From positions 352,001 to 416,000 of the forward strand of contig JBEKVV010000002.1 of NCBI GenBank assembly GCA_049513715.1: 64,000 nucleotides of DNA, written 5' to 3'. The notes beneath the pieces are model-generated. The model saw nothing but the letters and a program-made list of their open reading frames with translations. It did not search any database and had not been told where the DNA came from. The position numbers and the translations under genes are program-made. The DNA comes from Candidatus Bathyarchaeia archaeon. GTDB taxonomy: Archaea > Thermoproteota > Bathyarchaeia > 40CM-2-53-6. Shown piece by piece: positions 46,998-56,671 of this stretch (position 1 is its first letter; the number at the start of each line of letters is the position of its first letter).

Positions 46998-48768
46998 CGT
47001 GCAGACCAAACACGACTTGGCTTGGACTGAGAAGTACAGGCCAGAGACCGCAGCCAGCCTCTTAGGGAACGAAGAGGCATTGGCCGACTTCAAAGCCTGG
47101 CTGAAACAGTGGACAGTTAAGCGTAAACCAACGAAAGCCTGCCTTATCGTGGGCCCCCCCGGCGTGGGCAAGACCACGCTAGCCAGAGCAGCAGCCAACG
47201 ACGTCAGCTTTCGCATTGTCGAAATGAACGCGAGCGACGTCCGCACCCAGAAAGCGATTGAGAGCTTTCTTGCCCCTGCAAGTACTTCTCAAACCTTGGA
47301 TAGCTTCACTGAGGGCGCCAGGGGAAATCTCATCTTGATGGATGAGGTGGACGGGGTTTTCGGCCGAGAAGACCGCGGTGGGCTCGGTGCAATACTCGAC
47401 GCCATAAAAGGTTCACCGGTGCCAATCGTTCTAACCGCGAACAATGTCGACGACGAACGATTCGACGATCTGAGAAAGGCATGCAATGTGATCCGACTGT
47501 ATGAGATCCGGCCGCGTCTTCTTGTCGCACTCCTCAGACACATACTGACAGAGGAGGACCGTTCCATTTCGGAGGAGACAATCAGCGAGGTCGCTCGGGA
47601 ATGCTACGGCGACATCAGATCCGCAATAAATGATATCCAAGCCATCGCAACCGGCGGCGCCAAGCCGCCCAATTCACGCAGGACGAGAGAGCTCGACGAG
47701 GCGGACACAGTGAAAGGCCTTTTCTCCTCAAGCGAAATGGGCACGGCTCGACGGGTCCTCAACGAAACTGAGTTGTCGCTTTACCGAGACGAGCTACTCC
47801 TGCTAATTCATGATATCCTGCCGTACGTATACACATCTCCAGAGAAACTGGCGAAGGCCTACGAGACGCTATCGCGCGCGGATATTGATTACGCGAGGGT
47901 TGGGGCAAGTAGGTCGCGCGGGATGATGCCTCCCCCATTCAACTTGCCGCGCCGGGATTCCCCGCCGCAATGGTCACTCTTCCCTGTCGCCCTGAACGAG
48001 TTGGCGTCTGTCGGTCTTCAGGAAGTGGATAACGATGCAGGGCACGCATTGGAAGTTGCCCCAAGGATATCGCAGAAGGCGGCTGAACGTTACCAATATC
48101 GGCTGTGGGCATTGGACCACTTAAACGCTAGAATCGCAAAATCATGCCACACATCCAAACGGAAGGCCCTGCAAGAAATCACACCCTTCCTCATCATGAT
48201 CTTTCAATCAGACCCCGAACAAGGAAGAGTACTGGCTGTCGGCCTCGATCTAGAAGAACGCGACATAGGGTTCTTGATTTCTGAATCGAAGAGCAAGGCT
48301 GCACCCACAGGCCCAGAAGAGCTCCTAGACCCAACGGGCTTCAAGCTACCCTACATGGGCAAGGACAAGTTCATCGCCCTGATGCGCGTTGGCGTCGCTT
48401 ATGACCGCAGTAGCGGCAAATTCGTGGTTCGTCGCCTGACAAACTTAGATTCGGTAGAGGAGAGAATCAGCGAAATAATCTCCAAACCAGTCAAATTCAT
48501 CCGGCCAGAAGAGGAATCTGGGCAAGTCGACGAGTCGAACATCGTCAAAGAATGTTATGTGGATGGCCGGCAGATTCTGTGCGCCAAATGCGAATTCGTC
48601 GACAACTGCCCGACTCACGCAATCACGTCGCTAAAGTTTTGTCTCTGTGATGAAACGTTAGCGGATTCCAAAGGTTACGAGAAATATGTGGAAAAGAACG
48701 CTCCAACCCAGAAGGTAAAGGCAACAGCTAAGCCAGCAAAGCGCGCAACGAAAAGGAAGAAGGCTTAG
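46984..48768 (+). CDS. rfcL: Replication factor C large subunit with extra Cys-rich C-terminal domain
   Basis: WTEKYRP, GPPGVGKT, EMNASD.R, MDEVDG, GDIRSAINDIQ. Confidence 0.9.
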   Translation: MDVSNVQTKHDLAWTEKYRPETAASLLGNEEALADFKAWLKQWTVKRKPTKACLIVGPPGVGKTTLARAAANDVSFRIVEMNASDVRTQKAIESFLAPASTSQTLDSFTEGARGNLILMDEVDGVFGREDRGGLGAILDAIKGSPVPIVLTANNVDDERFDDLRKACNVIRLYEIRPRLLVALLRHILTEEDRSISEETISEVARECYGDIRSAINDIQAIATGGAKPPNSRRTRELDEADTVKGLFSSSEMGTARRVLNETELSLYRDELLLLIHDILPYVYTSPEKLAKAYETLSRADIDYARVGASRSRGMMPPPFNLPRRDSPPQWSLFPVALNELASVGLQEVDNDAGHALEVAPRISQKAAERYQYRLWALDHLNARIAKSCHTSKRKALQEITPFLIMIFQSDPEQGRVLAVGLDLEERDIGFLISESKSKAAPTGPEELLDPTGFKLPYMGKDKFIALMRVGVAYDRSSGKFVVRRLTNLDSVEERISEIISKPVKFIRPEEESGQVDESNIVKECYVDGRQILCAKCEFVDNCPTHAITSLKFCLCDETLADSKGYEKYVEKNAPTQKVKATAKPAKRATKRKKA

Positions 48769-49298
48769 TGTTCGCGGCTGACCTTCAAAAGGTGGCCTAG
48801 TTCAGGGAGTATCAGCTTCTCCATCGCAGTTTGAACTGCATTGGGTGAGCCGGGCAGGCAAAACGCAACTTTTCCTTTGACGGAACCAGCGAAGGCTCTA
48901 CTCAACATTGCGGGCGAGCCGATCGTGTCGTAGCTGATTTTTCTGAATAATTCTCCGAACCCTGGAATGTCCTTTTCAACCAATGGTTCGATGCTTTCTA
49001 TAGTGACGTCGCGCGGCGACAACCCCGTGCCACCTGTAATGATCAAAGCGTCCACGCTTTTCGAGGTAAAGGCGTGATGCGCGGCTTTTCGTATCATTGG
49101 CTTGGAGTCGGAGATTAGTTGGCGACCCTCAACCCGATGCCCAGCTCCAACGACGAGTTGCTCAATGATATCTCCCGATGCGTCGTCTGGCTTCTCGCCC
49201 TTGCCCTGTTGGTTGAACTTGGATGTGCTGCAGGTCACAATGTAAATTCCAAGCGTTCTTGGAGCGACGGATTTGTGGAGGTCTGCAGTTTTGCTCAT
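48765..49298 (-). CDS. moaB: Molybdopterin adenylyltransferase MoaB/MogA
   Basis: D.SG, TGGTG.SPRDVT.E, PGFGELFR, LSRA, LPGSP.A. Confidence 0.92.
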   Translation of the reverse strand: MSKTADLHKSVAPRTLGIYIVTCSTSKFNQQGKGEKPDDASGDIIEQLVVGAGHRVEGRQLISDSKPMIRKAAHHAFTSKSVDALIITGGTGLSPRDVTIESIEPLVEKDIPGFGELFRKISYDTIGSPAMLSRAFAGSVKGKVAFCLPGSPNAVQTAMEKLILPELGHLLKVSREH

Positions 49299-49742
49299 TT
49301 ACTTTCGCTTAACCTTCTTCTTGACTTTCAAGTAGGTTATGGCGGTATCTGGGTACTGGCCGTTCTCGTCCTTTTCATACTGTTTCACCATGTCCCAAAT
49401 TGTCAGGAGGTATGCTGAAGCCGCCGTGAGTGCTTCCATCTCAACCCCTGTCTTTGCCTGGCCTTTCACATATGACTCTACTTTCACTGCGTCCCGTCCA
49501 AACGTGTGTTCAGTGCGTACGGTTGTGATAGGGATGGTGTGGCAGAAGGGCAGAATGCGGGGTGTATTTTTCGCGGCCATGATTGCGGCTACTTCCGCTG
49601 CTGCAATGGCGTCACCTTTTTCGATTCGCCCAGACCTCATGCGTGTTATGGTGGCCGGTTTCAATCGAATCTCGCCTACTGCCACTGCTTCTCGAACGAT
49701 TACATCTTTGGCCGCTATGTCAACCATTGAAAAACGCCGCAT
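49299..49742 (-). CDS. moaC: Cyclic pyranopterin monophosphate synthase
   Basis: MVDI..K, KGD, AAK.T..ILPFCH, TGVEMEALT, DMVK. Confidence 0.95.
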   Translation of the reverse strand: MRRFSMVDIAAKDVIVREAVAVGEIRLKPATITRMRSGRIEKGDAIAAAEVAAIMAAKNTPRILPFCHTIPITTVRTEHTFGRDAVKVESYVKGQAKTGVEMEALTAASAYLLTIWDMVKQYEKDENGQYPDTAITYLKVKKKVKRK

Positions 49743-49826
49743 CCGTTAATGCCTCTCCGCTCGTTGGGTAGTGTGCGCTGAGAAATTAGCTGTTGTGCTT
49801 GAGTGGCGCGCTCTGATTAGTGCTAG

Positions 49827-51077
49827 TTATTTTTGCTGCGTGCGTCTCTTTCGTGTGGGTTGGAGTGCAGTTTCTAATTGTTCGCGCATGGTTGAGGCGG
49901 GTATGTTTTGTAGGCCGAGTAGTGTGGTTTTTCCGCGGACGCCTTCACCAGACTTTGAGGCGGCGATTACGCCTATAGCGCCTAGGCCGCGGGCGTATTT
50001 CCAGATTTGAGTATGTTTCCTGGGCTTGTCGTTGTATTCCTCGCAAACCGCCTTGTATTCCCGTTCAACGACACCGATAATTGCGTAGGCCCCCTGCGAT
50101 TCCTCAAGGACTCTTGCCAGTGCGAGGAGCATGTATTTCTCGTGGGCTGATAGGGCAGCGATGTATTCACCCCGCAACATGGGGTAGACGCTTCCAGCGG
50201 CTTTTCTGACATGGTCTGTGGAGATATGTTTCATGTTTTCGGAGTCAGCATACTTGCCCGCGCGCCAGAGGAGCTCAATCGAGTACCTAGCGTCGCCGTT
50301 CTGTCCACCTATGTCAGAGACAAGCTGTAATGCTTCATCGTCTACAGCGTTTTCTTTGAAGGCCAAGTTGACTCGGTCTTTGAGGATGTCGATTAGTTGC
50401 CGCGAGTTGTATTTGTCGAGTTTGACTATGTTGCGTTGAAGCGTATCGGCGGTGCTTTTGTCAAGTTTTTGAAGGTACTCTGTTTCGCGGAGGATGCAGA
50501 TGAGTGAGAGTCGTATGGGTTTGCCGACTCGTTCCTCTTGAATCCTGGTGAGGTTGTAGATTGGGGTTGATCCTTCTACTCTGATGAGGTGTTCCAATTC
50601 GTCGAGTGCGAGTATGAGGTGCATGTTCTTGTCGTCAAGCATGTCCATTAAAGTGTGGAGAAGTTCCTCGGGGGCGAAGCCACGTTTCGGGAACTCTGGC
50701 TCAAATTGCGACAAGACACGTTTTATGATCATGAAGAGGCTGCCTTTTGATTCGCGGCAGTTCACGTGGACGTATTGAAGGTTGACTTTGCGGCTTTTCG
50801 CAGCCTTCACCAAATCCGTTCCAAAACGTTGTGCCAGAACGGTTTTGCCAGTTCCCACGTCCCCTATGATGAGAGCTCGTTGGCTTGTAGAGAAGGGGTT
50901 GTCCAGTGAGAATCGGAAGAGTTGGGTGAGGAAACGCATCTGCTCGTCGCGGTGGGGAAGCCTAGTGGGGATGTATTCTAATGAGAGGGGTGCTTCATCC
51001 TTGAAGACCGTGGGCCTTGCTAAGGTTTCCTTCACAATATCCGAAGACAATTGAACGAGAGCCCCTACTCTCGACAT
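49827..51077 (-). CDS. cdc6: Orc1/Cdc6 replication initiator
   Basis: YIP.RLPHR, GDVGTGKT, YVHVNC, LDELE, GDAR.SIELL, C-terminal winged helix G.RGKT. Confidence 0.93.
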   Translation of the reverse strand: MSRVGALVQLSSDIVKETLARPTVFKDEAPLSLEYIPTRLPHRDEQMRFLTQLFRFSLDNPFSTSQRALIIGDVGTGKTVLAQRFGTDLVKAAKSRKVNLQYVHVNCRESKGSLFMIIKRVLSQFEPEFPKRGFAPEELLHTLMDMLDDKNMHLILALDELEHLIRVEGSTPIYNLTRIQEERVGKPIRLSLICILRETEYLQKLDKSTADTLQRNIVKLDKYNSRQLIDILKDRVNLAFKENAVDDEALQLVSDIGGQNGDARYSIELLWRAGKYADSENMKHISTDHVRKAAGSVYPMLRGEYIAALSAHEKYMLLALARVLEESQGAYAIIGVVEREYKAVCEEYNDKPRKHTQIWKYARGLGAIGVIAASKSGEGVRGKTTLLGLQNIPASTMREQLETALQPTRKRRTQQK

Positions 51078-51199
51078 GGTTTAGCCTGCCTCAATCTTAT
51101 GTGCTTTTGTTCTCCTACGCGATAAAAACAGGAGAGCAAGGTGAAACTGATTGACGGCTCCATTGAGCCTTCAGGACCTCATTCTGGCCCGAACACTGT

Positions 51200-52222
51200 T
51201 CATTGCTTCTGGTATCTCTCTATAATCCTGTAGATTTCGTCGCGTTCAGATGGGCCCACCCTTTTGATTGTCCCGTCCGCTTTGACTAGGTTTCTGCTGG
51301 TCTTGATACGCGTAATCGTCCCAATTATGCTGGCATGAATTCCATGCGTAATCAGTCGGCGTAGTATCGTCGCGCTCTTCTGTTGGTCGGCAACAATCAA
51401 GAGGCATCCTGAACTGAGCAGCCTCAAAGGGTCAACCCTAAGTGCTGCGCAAATTTTTCTGGTTTCAGGAAGCATGGAGATTTTCGATTCATGAATCATA
51501 AAGCCCACGCGGGAGGCCTCGGCAACCTCCCATACTCCCTGCAGGAGGCCTCCTTCAGTTGGGTCATGCATTGCATGCACGCCCCCAACGCGTACGGCTG
51601 TAAGTGCATCGTCAACGACGCTGGTCAAGCGACGTAGTTTCCTCGCGCGGCGCAGTAACTCCGAGCTCACTTTTCCACGGAGTTTACTAGCGAAGTCTGC
51701 GGCCAGAATTGATGTGCCCTCTATGCCGGCTGATCGAGTCATGATGATGTGGTCACCCGCACGGGCGCCACTAGATGTTACGTATCTTCCCTTCTCAGCG
51801 ACACCCATCATGTAACCTATTACGATTGGGCGGTTGAGGCCGGGGGTGACTTCTGTGTGGCCTCCCACCACCGCGACCCCCATCTTTCTGGCAGCTGAAT
51901 CGACTTGTCGCATAATGGTGTCAAGTACGGCCGCGTCCGAGTTTTCTGGGAGTAGTAAGGTGCACAGGAACCACCTCGGTTTGGCTCCCCTGCATGCGAT
52001 ATCGTTGGCGTTCAAATCAACGGCGAGGGAGCCGATTTCAGATAAGGTGCCTGTCACTGGGTCTGTGGTTAGGACGAGGATTTGCTTGCCAAGTGAAACG
52101 AGTGCCGCATCTTCGCCTATGGAGGATCCTAGGATAACTGACGGGTCCTTTTTGCCTGTGTAGCGAAACACATTGCGGACCAGGATTTCAGTTGGAATTT
52201 TCCCAGTCCTAAAGCGTGGCAA
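51200..52222 (-). CDS. AIR synthase-related family protein (HypE/ThiL/PurM-like)
   Basis: GEDAA, TDP.T, NANDIA..GA.P, GGHTEVT, MHDPTEGG. Confidence 0.88.
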   Translation of the reverse strand: MPRFRTGKIPTEILVRNVFRYTGKKDPSVILGSSIGEDAALVSLGKQILVLTTDPVTGTLSEIGSLAVDLNANDIACRGAKPRWFLCTLLLPENSDAAVLDTIMRQVDSAARKMGVAVVGGHTEVTPGLNRPIVIGYMMGVAEKGRYVTSSGARAGDHIIMTRSAGIEGTSILAADFASKLRGKVSSELLRRARKLRRLTSVVDDALTAVRVGGVHAMHDPTEGGLLQGVWEVAEASRVGFMIHESKISMLPETRKICAALRVDPLRLLSSGCLLIVADQQKSATILRRLITHGIHASIIGTITRIKTSRNLVKADGTIKRVGPSERDEIYRIIERYQKQ

Positions 52223-52299
52223 GGTTAACCATGCATAGAACTCACGTTACGTTTTAAGTAGTCAGGTTGTATAGCATATGAAACAAGCATGGGATCCGT

Positions 52300-52644
52300 A
52301 TGATACAATCGATAATTGATGTTGCCGTTGTCGTATCTGACGCACAAAAATCTGCGGAATGGTTCAAGGATAAGGTCGGCCTTGAGGTCCGTGATAAGAT
52401 GGGTCACTGGGTAACAGTAGCACCCAAAGGCTCTGGCCCTGTGTTGCATCTATGCGAAACCAAACCACTCGAGAAAGGCAATACGGGAATAGCGTTTCGA
52501 GTCGACGATCTAGACAAAGCCTTCAAAGAAATGACCGCAAAGGGCGTTGAGTTCACGGCTAAACCCACCAAAGAGGAATGGGGAACCTACGCAAAGTTCA
52601 AGGACCCCGACGGAAACGAATTCTGGCTCATGCCAGGCGAATAG
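52300..52644 (+). CDS. VOC/glyoxalase family protein
   Basis: V.VSD, F.VDDLD, GVEF..P..EEWG..A.F.DPDGN. Confidence 0.9.
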   Translation: MIQSIIDVAVVVSDAQKSAEWFKDKVGLEVRDKMGHWVTVAPKGSGPVLHLCETKPLEKGNTGIAFRVDDLDKAFKEMTAKGVEFTAKPTKEEWGTYAKFKDPDGNEFWLMPGE

Positions 52645-52774
52645 GCGCGGTTGTAGGTTCTCGCCAAAAAGGCTAAGCGAAGTCGGAAATCGGCTCAGTG
52701 TGACCTCAATTCTCGAATTGTGCTGAGAGAAAAAAGGAGCAGGAAAGCGATTCGCAGTGCGGATGCTTTCCTGG

Positions 52775-53194
52775 TTACTTCATTTTGGTGTTTAGGTAGC
52801 GTAGGTCGTCGTCGAAGCTGCTGTTGAGGATTTGCCTCGTAGTACTCTCAACTTGTTTGTCGTCCATAACTGGGGATTTCATATCACATTCAGTTACTAC
52901 TTTGGTTCCGCCGGAGACTTCGGTGTAGGTGTTGACCATCTTACCCGTAACTGGTCCTTCGAGGAAGTCAAGGGTTAACGTGTTCGGGGGGCTCGGTGTG
53001 ATCTGCAGAACCATTTTGACTGCTTGGCCGTTCATGTCCCATTGCTGTTCGACCTTGCTGCCTTCCTTGTTGAGTGGCTTGACGGATTTGAGGCTTGGAT
53101 GTATGCCTTGTGGGTTGGTGGTGTGAGCTTGAATGAGCTGCCAGACTTTGTCGCGCGAGACAGGGAACATACCGGTATCGGTTACTTTAACCAT
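52775..53194 (-). CDS. SRPBCC (START/polyketide cyclase-like) family protein
   Basis: VSRDKVW N-terminus, beta-rich core, GGTKV, C-terminal helix. Confidence 0.7.
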   Translation of the reverse strand: MVKVTDTGMFPVSRDKVWQLIQAHTTNPQGIHPSLKSVKPLNKEGSKVEQQWDMNGQAVKMVLQITPSPPNTLTLDFLEGPVTGKMVNTYTEVSGGTKVVTECDMKSPVMDDKQVESTTRQILNSSFDDDLRYLNTKMK

Positions 53195-53215
53195 CTTCGT
53201 TTCTCACCTCCTATG

Positions 53216-53785
53216 TCATCGGGCGCCTGCGGATGACTTGCTATGGGCGTCGACAGTTTTCTGCCAGCGCTCTTGCCATGATGCTTCGTTTTGCTTCCAC
53301 CACTTGTCAAATTCTTGTTGCGAGTGTTCTAGGTAATACTTCAAAACTTCTCCACCTAACATTTCCCACCCAACCTCGTGGCCCCAGTATTCCTCGTCCT
53401 GTTCTGGGAAGCCCTCGTGCCTCACGGTGATCTTCGTGCCTTTCCCTGTCTTTTCGAACTTCACTGTAACTTTGGATGGGTTGTCGTCGGACCAGTTGGG
53501 GATTTTCTTTCCTGTACTCTTGTCGTATTCATTCATTCGCCAAGTGTAAACTAGTAGCTGATTTGGAACGACCTCAAGAAATTCGCCAGTGGTTGCGTAG
53601 CCGTCGGCTTCTTGACCCATCTTGAATTTGCCACCCTTTCGAGGGTCTATCTCAAAGTGGTCAGACATCCATTCCAGAACATCCTTCTTGTCCGTGAACG
53701 CCTTGTAGACACGTTCAGGGGGAGCGTTGATCTGAAGAACCTTGATTATGGTGCCTCTGAGAGAGGCAGAGTCGGGTTTGCTCAT
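53216..53785 (-). CDS. SRPBCC/AHSA1-like domain protein
   Basis: INAPPERVYKAFTD, D.R.GG.F, G.FLEVVPN.LLVYTW, GTKITV.HEG, GW. Confidence 0.88.
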   Translation of the reverse strand: MSKPDSASLRGTIIKVLQINAPPERVYKAFTDKKDVLEWMSDHFEIDPRKGGKFKMGQEADGYATTGEFLEVVPNQLLVYTWRMNEYDKSTGKKIPNWSDDNPSKVTVKFEKTGKGTKITVRHEGFPEQDEEYWGHEVGWEMLGGEVLKYYLEHSQQEFDKWWKQNEASWQERWQKTVDAHSKSSAGAR

Positions 53786-53799
53786 CTTCCATCTAGAAA

Positions 53800-53842
53800 T
53801 AGTTAAGGTTCAAATTAACTACTTATACCCTTGGCTAGTTAA
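53800..53842. promoter_or_regulatory. Candidate operator: TAGTTAA-N8-TTAACTA plus third TAGTTAA
   Basis: Perfect 7-bp inverted repeat (53800-53806 / 53815-53821) and another copy at 53836-53842 in the 65-bp divergent intergenic region. Confidence 0.55.
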
Positions 53843-53850
53843 GTTCTCAT

Positions 53851-54792
53851 ATGCCAAGAACAAAACCAATAGTCCTCGCTCGGCAGATGTGGGGAAAACG
53901 TGTTGCCGTGGAAGTAAAAGTGGATACGGGCGGTGAGTTGCGTCATGAGATCGAGGGAGTCCGGAGGGCGCTTGGCTCTTTGGCATTGAGCGAGCTATTT
54001 GTCTTGGTGGGAGAGGGCAAGAATACTCCAACCGAGATTGTGAGGCTGACTGGGAAGTCAAAATTCGCCGTGAGCCTGGAACTCTCGGCTCTCAAGAAAG
54101 TCGGCCTGTTGAAGGACCGTTCAGTCGTGGGGTGGGATCTCCGGCGGAAACGCTACGAGGTTGTATGGGAGAGAGTTGCACATATTTTTCGACAAGACCA
54201 CGCTCTTGAGCTTGAAATCTACGAGAACCATCTTCTTGTTGAACCGATGCGCGAGATTCGGGGAACTGTAAAGAAAGCTGGCTTAGCAATTACCGGTAGT
54301 GGGAAATTAGGTCTGGTGAAGGAAGTTGCCCCCGAACAGGTCACAATGTTGGAGGGGACACAGAAACGTGTTTACGAGCGCATGAATCGACTGGTTTGGG
54401 AATTCGTAGAATTGTTCAAAGGCTATCTGAAGGAGCGGCGATACCCCACACTCCGGGAATATTTCCTTGGCGCCTACGAAGAACTTTCGGAGCATTACGG
54501 TAGGCTTCCTAAGAACTCAGAACTGGCAATGTTCTTCGAGTTCACGGACCGCTCTTTTGCTCGGACTCAGCCGATTGAGCAGGTGTGGAGAAAGCATGTT
54601 GGCAAACCTCTCAAGGATGCTCCCATTCTCTACTGGAGGAGTCCGACCAGAGCATTGACCTTGAAGCTTTTTGCGGAGGCAGGCAGCGTCGACCCAACAG
54701 GACGCTACCTGCTGAACGCCGAAGCGCAGAGGGTCATCAAACCCGGGACAGCATTGAGAATCTACCCATCATACACATATCCAGAGCTCTAG
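53851..54792 (+). CDS. Winged-helix (ArsR-like) DNA-binding protein with uncharacterised C-terminal region
   Basis: TPTEIVRLTGKSKFAVSLELSALKKVGLL...D.RRKRYEV. Confidence 0.7.
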   Translation: MPRTKPIVLARQMWGKRVAVEVKVDTGGELRHEIEGVRRALGSLALSELFVLVGEGKNTPTEIVRLTGKSKFAVSLELSALKKVGLLKDRSVVGWDLRRKRYEVVWERVAHIFRQDHALELEIYENHLLVEPMREIRGTVKKAGLAITGSGKLGLVKEVAPEQVTMLEGTQKRVYERMNRLVWEFVELFKGYLKERRYPTLREYFLGAYEELSEHYGRLPKNSELAMFFEFTDRSFARTQPIEQVWRKHVGKPLKDAPILYWRSPTRALTLKLFAEAGSVDPTGRYLLNAEAQRVIKPGTALRIYPSYTYPEL

Positions 54793-54987
54793 GTTACGTA
54801 ACGTTCTCGCTTTCTGATGGTGTCCGTGGGAGCTCCTTGCCGTTTTCTTACCTCACAAAACAAGAATGTGGTGCCTCTCGGGGGAACAAGTGAACCGGCA
54901 GCTGGACGAAGATTTTAGTTCACTTCACAAGGATTCTGATCAGTCTTAGTTTTACTCTGCTCTTGTTTTTCAGCTACAATTAGTCCG

Positions 54988-56652
54988 CTATTCCTTGAAG
55001 AGGTTTCCTGGACATAGAATCCAATTTGGATCCAGTGCCCTCTTGGTGGCTTTCATTTGTTGAATCTTTGTTTCGTCGTACATCATCGTCAGGAAGTCTT
55101 GTTTAAGTTTCCCAATTCCATGCTCTGCCGAGACAGCTCCACCTAAGGCCACCGCGTCCCGCGCCATATCCTGCACCAGTTGCTCCCCTACCTGCAGCTC
55201 TGCTAATGTTCGTGGGAGAATGTTCACGTGTAGGTGATTCTCGGCAATGTGTCCAAAGACGTAATGCTCGAGACCGCTATCTTGAAGCCGTCGACGGTAA
55301 CTGTTCATCAAATCAAGGAGCTTCTCATTTGGAACCGCAGTGTCCGTTCCGAGCTTGTGCAAACTAGGAATCTGATTTTTCCTTCTAGCTATCGCCTTGT
55401 TGATGGCCTCGGGAAGGGCGTGCCTCAATGCCCTTAAACGATCTCTATCTACCTGACTCATTCCAACTATCGCATCATCTGCAGAAGAACGAAATTGTTG
55501 GAGTGCCTCTATGAGGGGCTGGATTGCGTCTATATCGTGATAGCCAAATTCACATAGAATGGCAGCGGATTTGTCGGGCAGCCTTATTCCTCCGCGGACT
55601 TCCTCAATCTCCTTCAGTTCTCGAATTAATTTGAGGGAGTTTTCATCGAAGTATTCCATCGAATGAACTGCCAATGGCGCATCATTTCTTCTTTCGCCGC
55701 GAAGGTTAAGGACAAAGGCTACCGCATCATCAGTTGAGGGGAAAAACGCGAGAACCATGGCTGTCTGCGGCTTCACTTTGAGCGCCACCTCGACTTGAGT
55801 TATCACTCCCAGAGTGCCTTCTGAGCCGATGAAGAGGTCAAGTAGGTCCATGTTCCTTCTGCTGTAATAGCCTGCCGTGCATTTGACGTTGGGGCTTTCA
55901 TAGGTGGGGATTGGAACTTCAGTCACGGTTCCGTCACGATGGTGCAATTCCACAATTCTGCTAGAATCAACTGCATTACTCCCTCGACGCAGGGCTAGAA
56001 CTTCACCAGTCGCCAGCACGACTCTAAGAGCGCGAACGTGTTCCCGCGTGCGCCCATAGAAGTATGTGCGAGCACCCGAAGCATCAGTCGCCACAGTCCC
56101 GCCTATGGATGCAGAGTCCTCGGTTGGGTCGGGAGGGTAGAAGTACTGATTGGAATCCTCCAAGAACCGTCGTAGGTCTTTCCAGTTTGAACTGGTGGAG
56201 TGGTTCTTTTGCAAAGTTCTAGCTGCAACCGCTTGCTGGAAATCTCGAAGCCTAATTCCAGGTTCAACAATTGCTCTCCACTCTTGGCTCTGAGCATGCC
56301 ACTTGATGCCGAGAATGTTGTTCATTTGATCCAGAGAAAGTAGCGCGCCACCTTCCGGAACCGCCCCTCCAACAATCCCCGTTCGCCCACCTGAGATGGT
56401 AACAGGGATTCTTCGTCGGTTCATCTCACTGAGGAAATCTGCAACTTGTCCTTCGTCGGCTGGAAAAAAAACAGTTTCGACCTTTCCCGGCCCTAACCCT
56501 GACTCATCGGAAAGATACGACTCGTACCTTTCTCGTATCAACGAGTCCGAGTCCACCCTAGTGGGTGGAGAATGGTCTCCCCGAGTCGCTTCCACTGTCG
56601 CGATTTCAATCAGCGGCCTGCACCGAACCATCTCTGAAAATGCAGCACACAA
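54988..56652 (-). CDS. FAD-binding oxidoreductase (GlcD/D-lactate dehydrogenase family)
   Basis: GGRTG.VGGAVP, YPPDPT, SIGG.VAT.ASG, GSEGTLGVIT, GHIAENHLH.N, SAEHGIG, DP..IL.PG. Confidence 0.9.
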   Translation of the reverse strand: MCAAFSEMVRCRPLIEIATVEATRGDHSPPTRVDSDSLIRERYESYLSDESGLGPGKVETVFFPADEGQVADFLSEMNRRRIPVTISGGRTGIVGGAVPEGGALLSLDQMNNILGIKWHAQSQEWRAIVEPGIRLRDFQQAVAARTLQKNHSTSSNWKDLRRFLEDSNQYFYPPDPTEDSASIGGTVATDASGARTYFYGRTREHVRALRVVLATGEVLALRRGSNAVDSSRIVELHHRDGTVTEVPIPTYESPNVKCTAGYYSRRNMDLLDLFIGSEGTLGVITQVEVALKVKPQTAMVLAFFPSTDDAVAFVLNLRGERRNDAPLAVHSMEYFDENSLKLIRELKEIEEVRGGIRLPDKSAAILCEFGYHDIDAIQPLIEALQQFRSSADDAIVGMSQVDRDRLRALRHALPEAINKAIARRKNQIPSLHKLGTDTAVPNEKLLDLMNSYRRRLQDSGLEHYVFGHIAENHLHVNILPRTLAELQVGEQLVQDMARDAVALGGAVSAEHGIGKLKQDFLTMMYDETKIQQMKATKRALDPNWILCPGNLFKE

Positions 56653-56671
56653 TTAAACAGATGGCGGCCAA

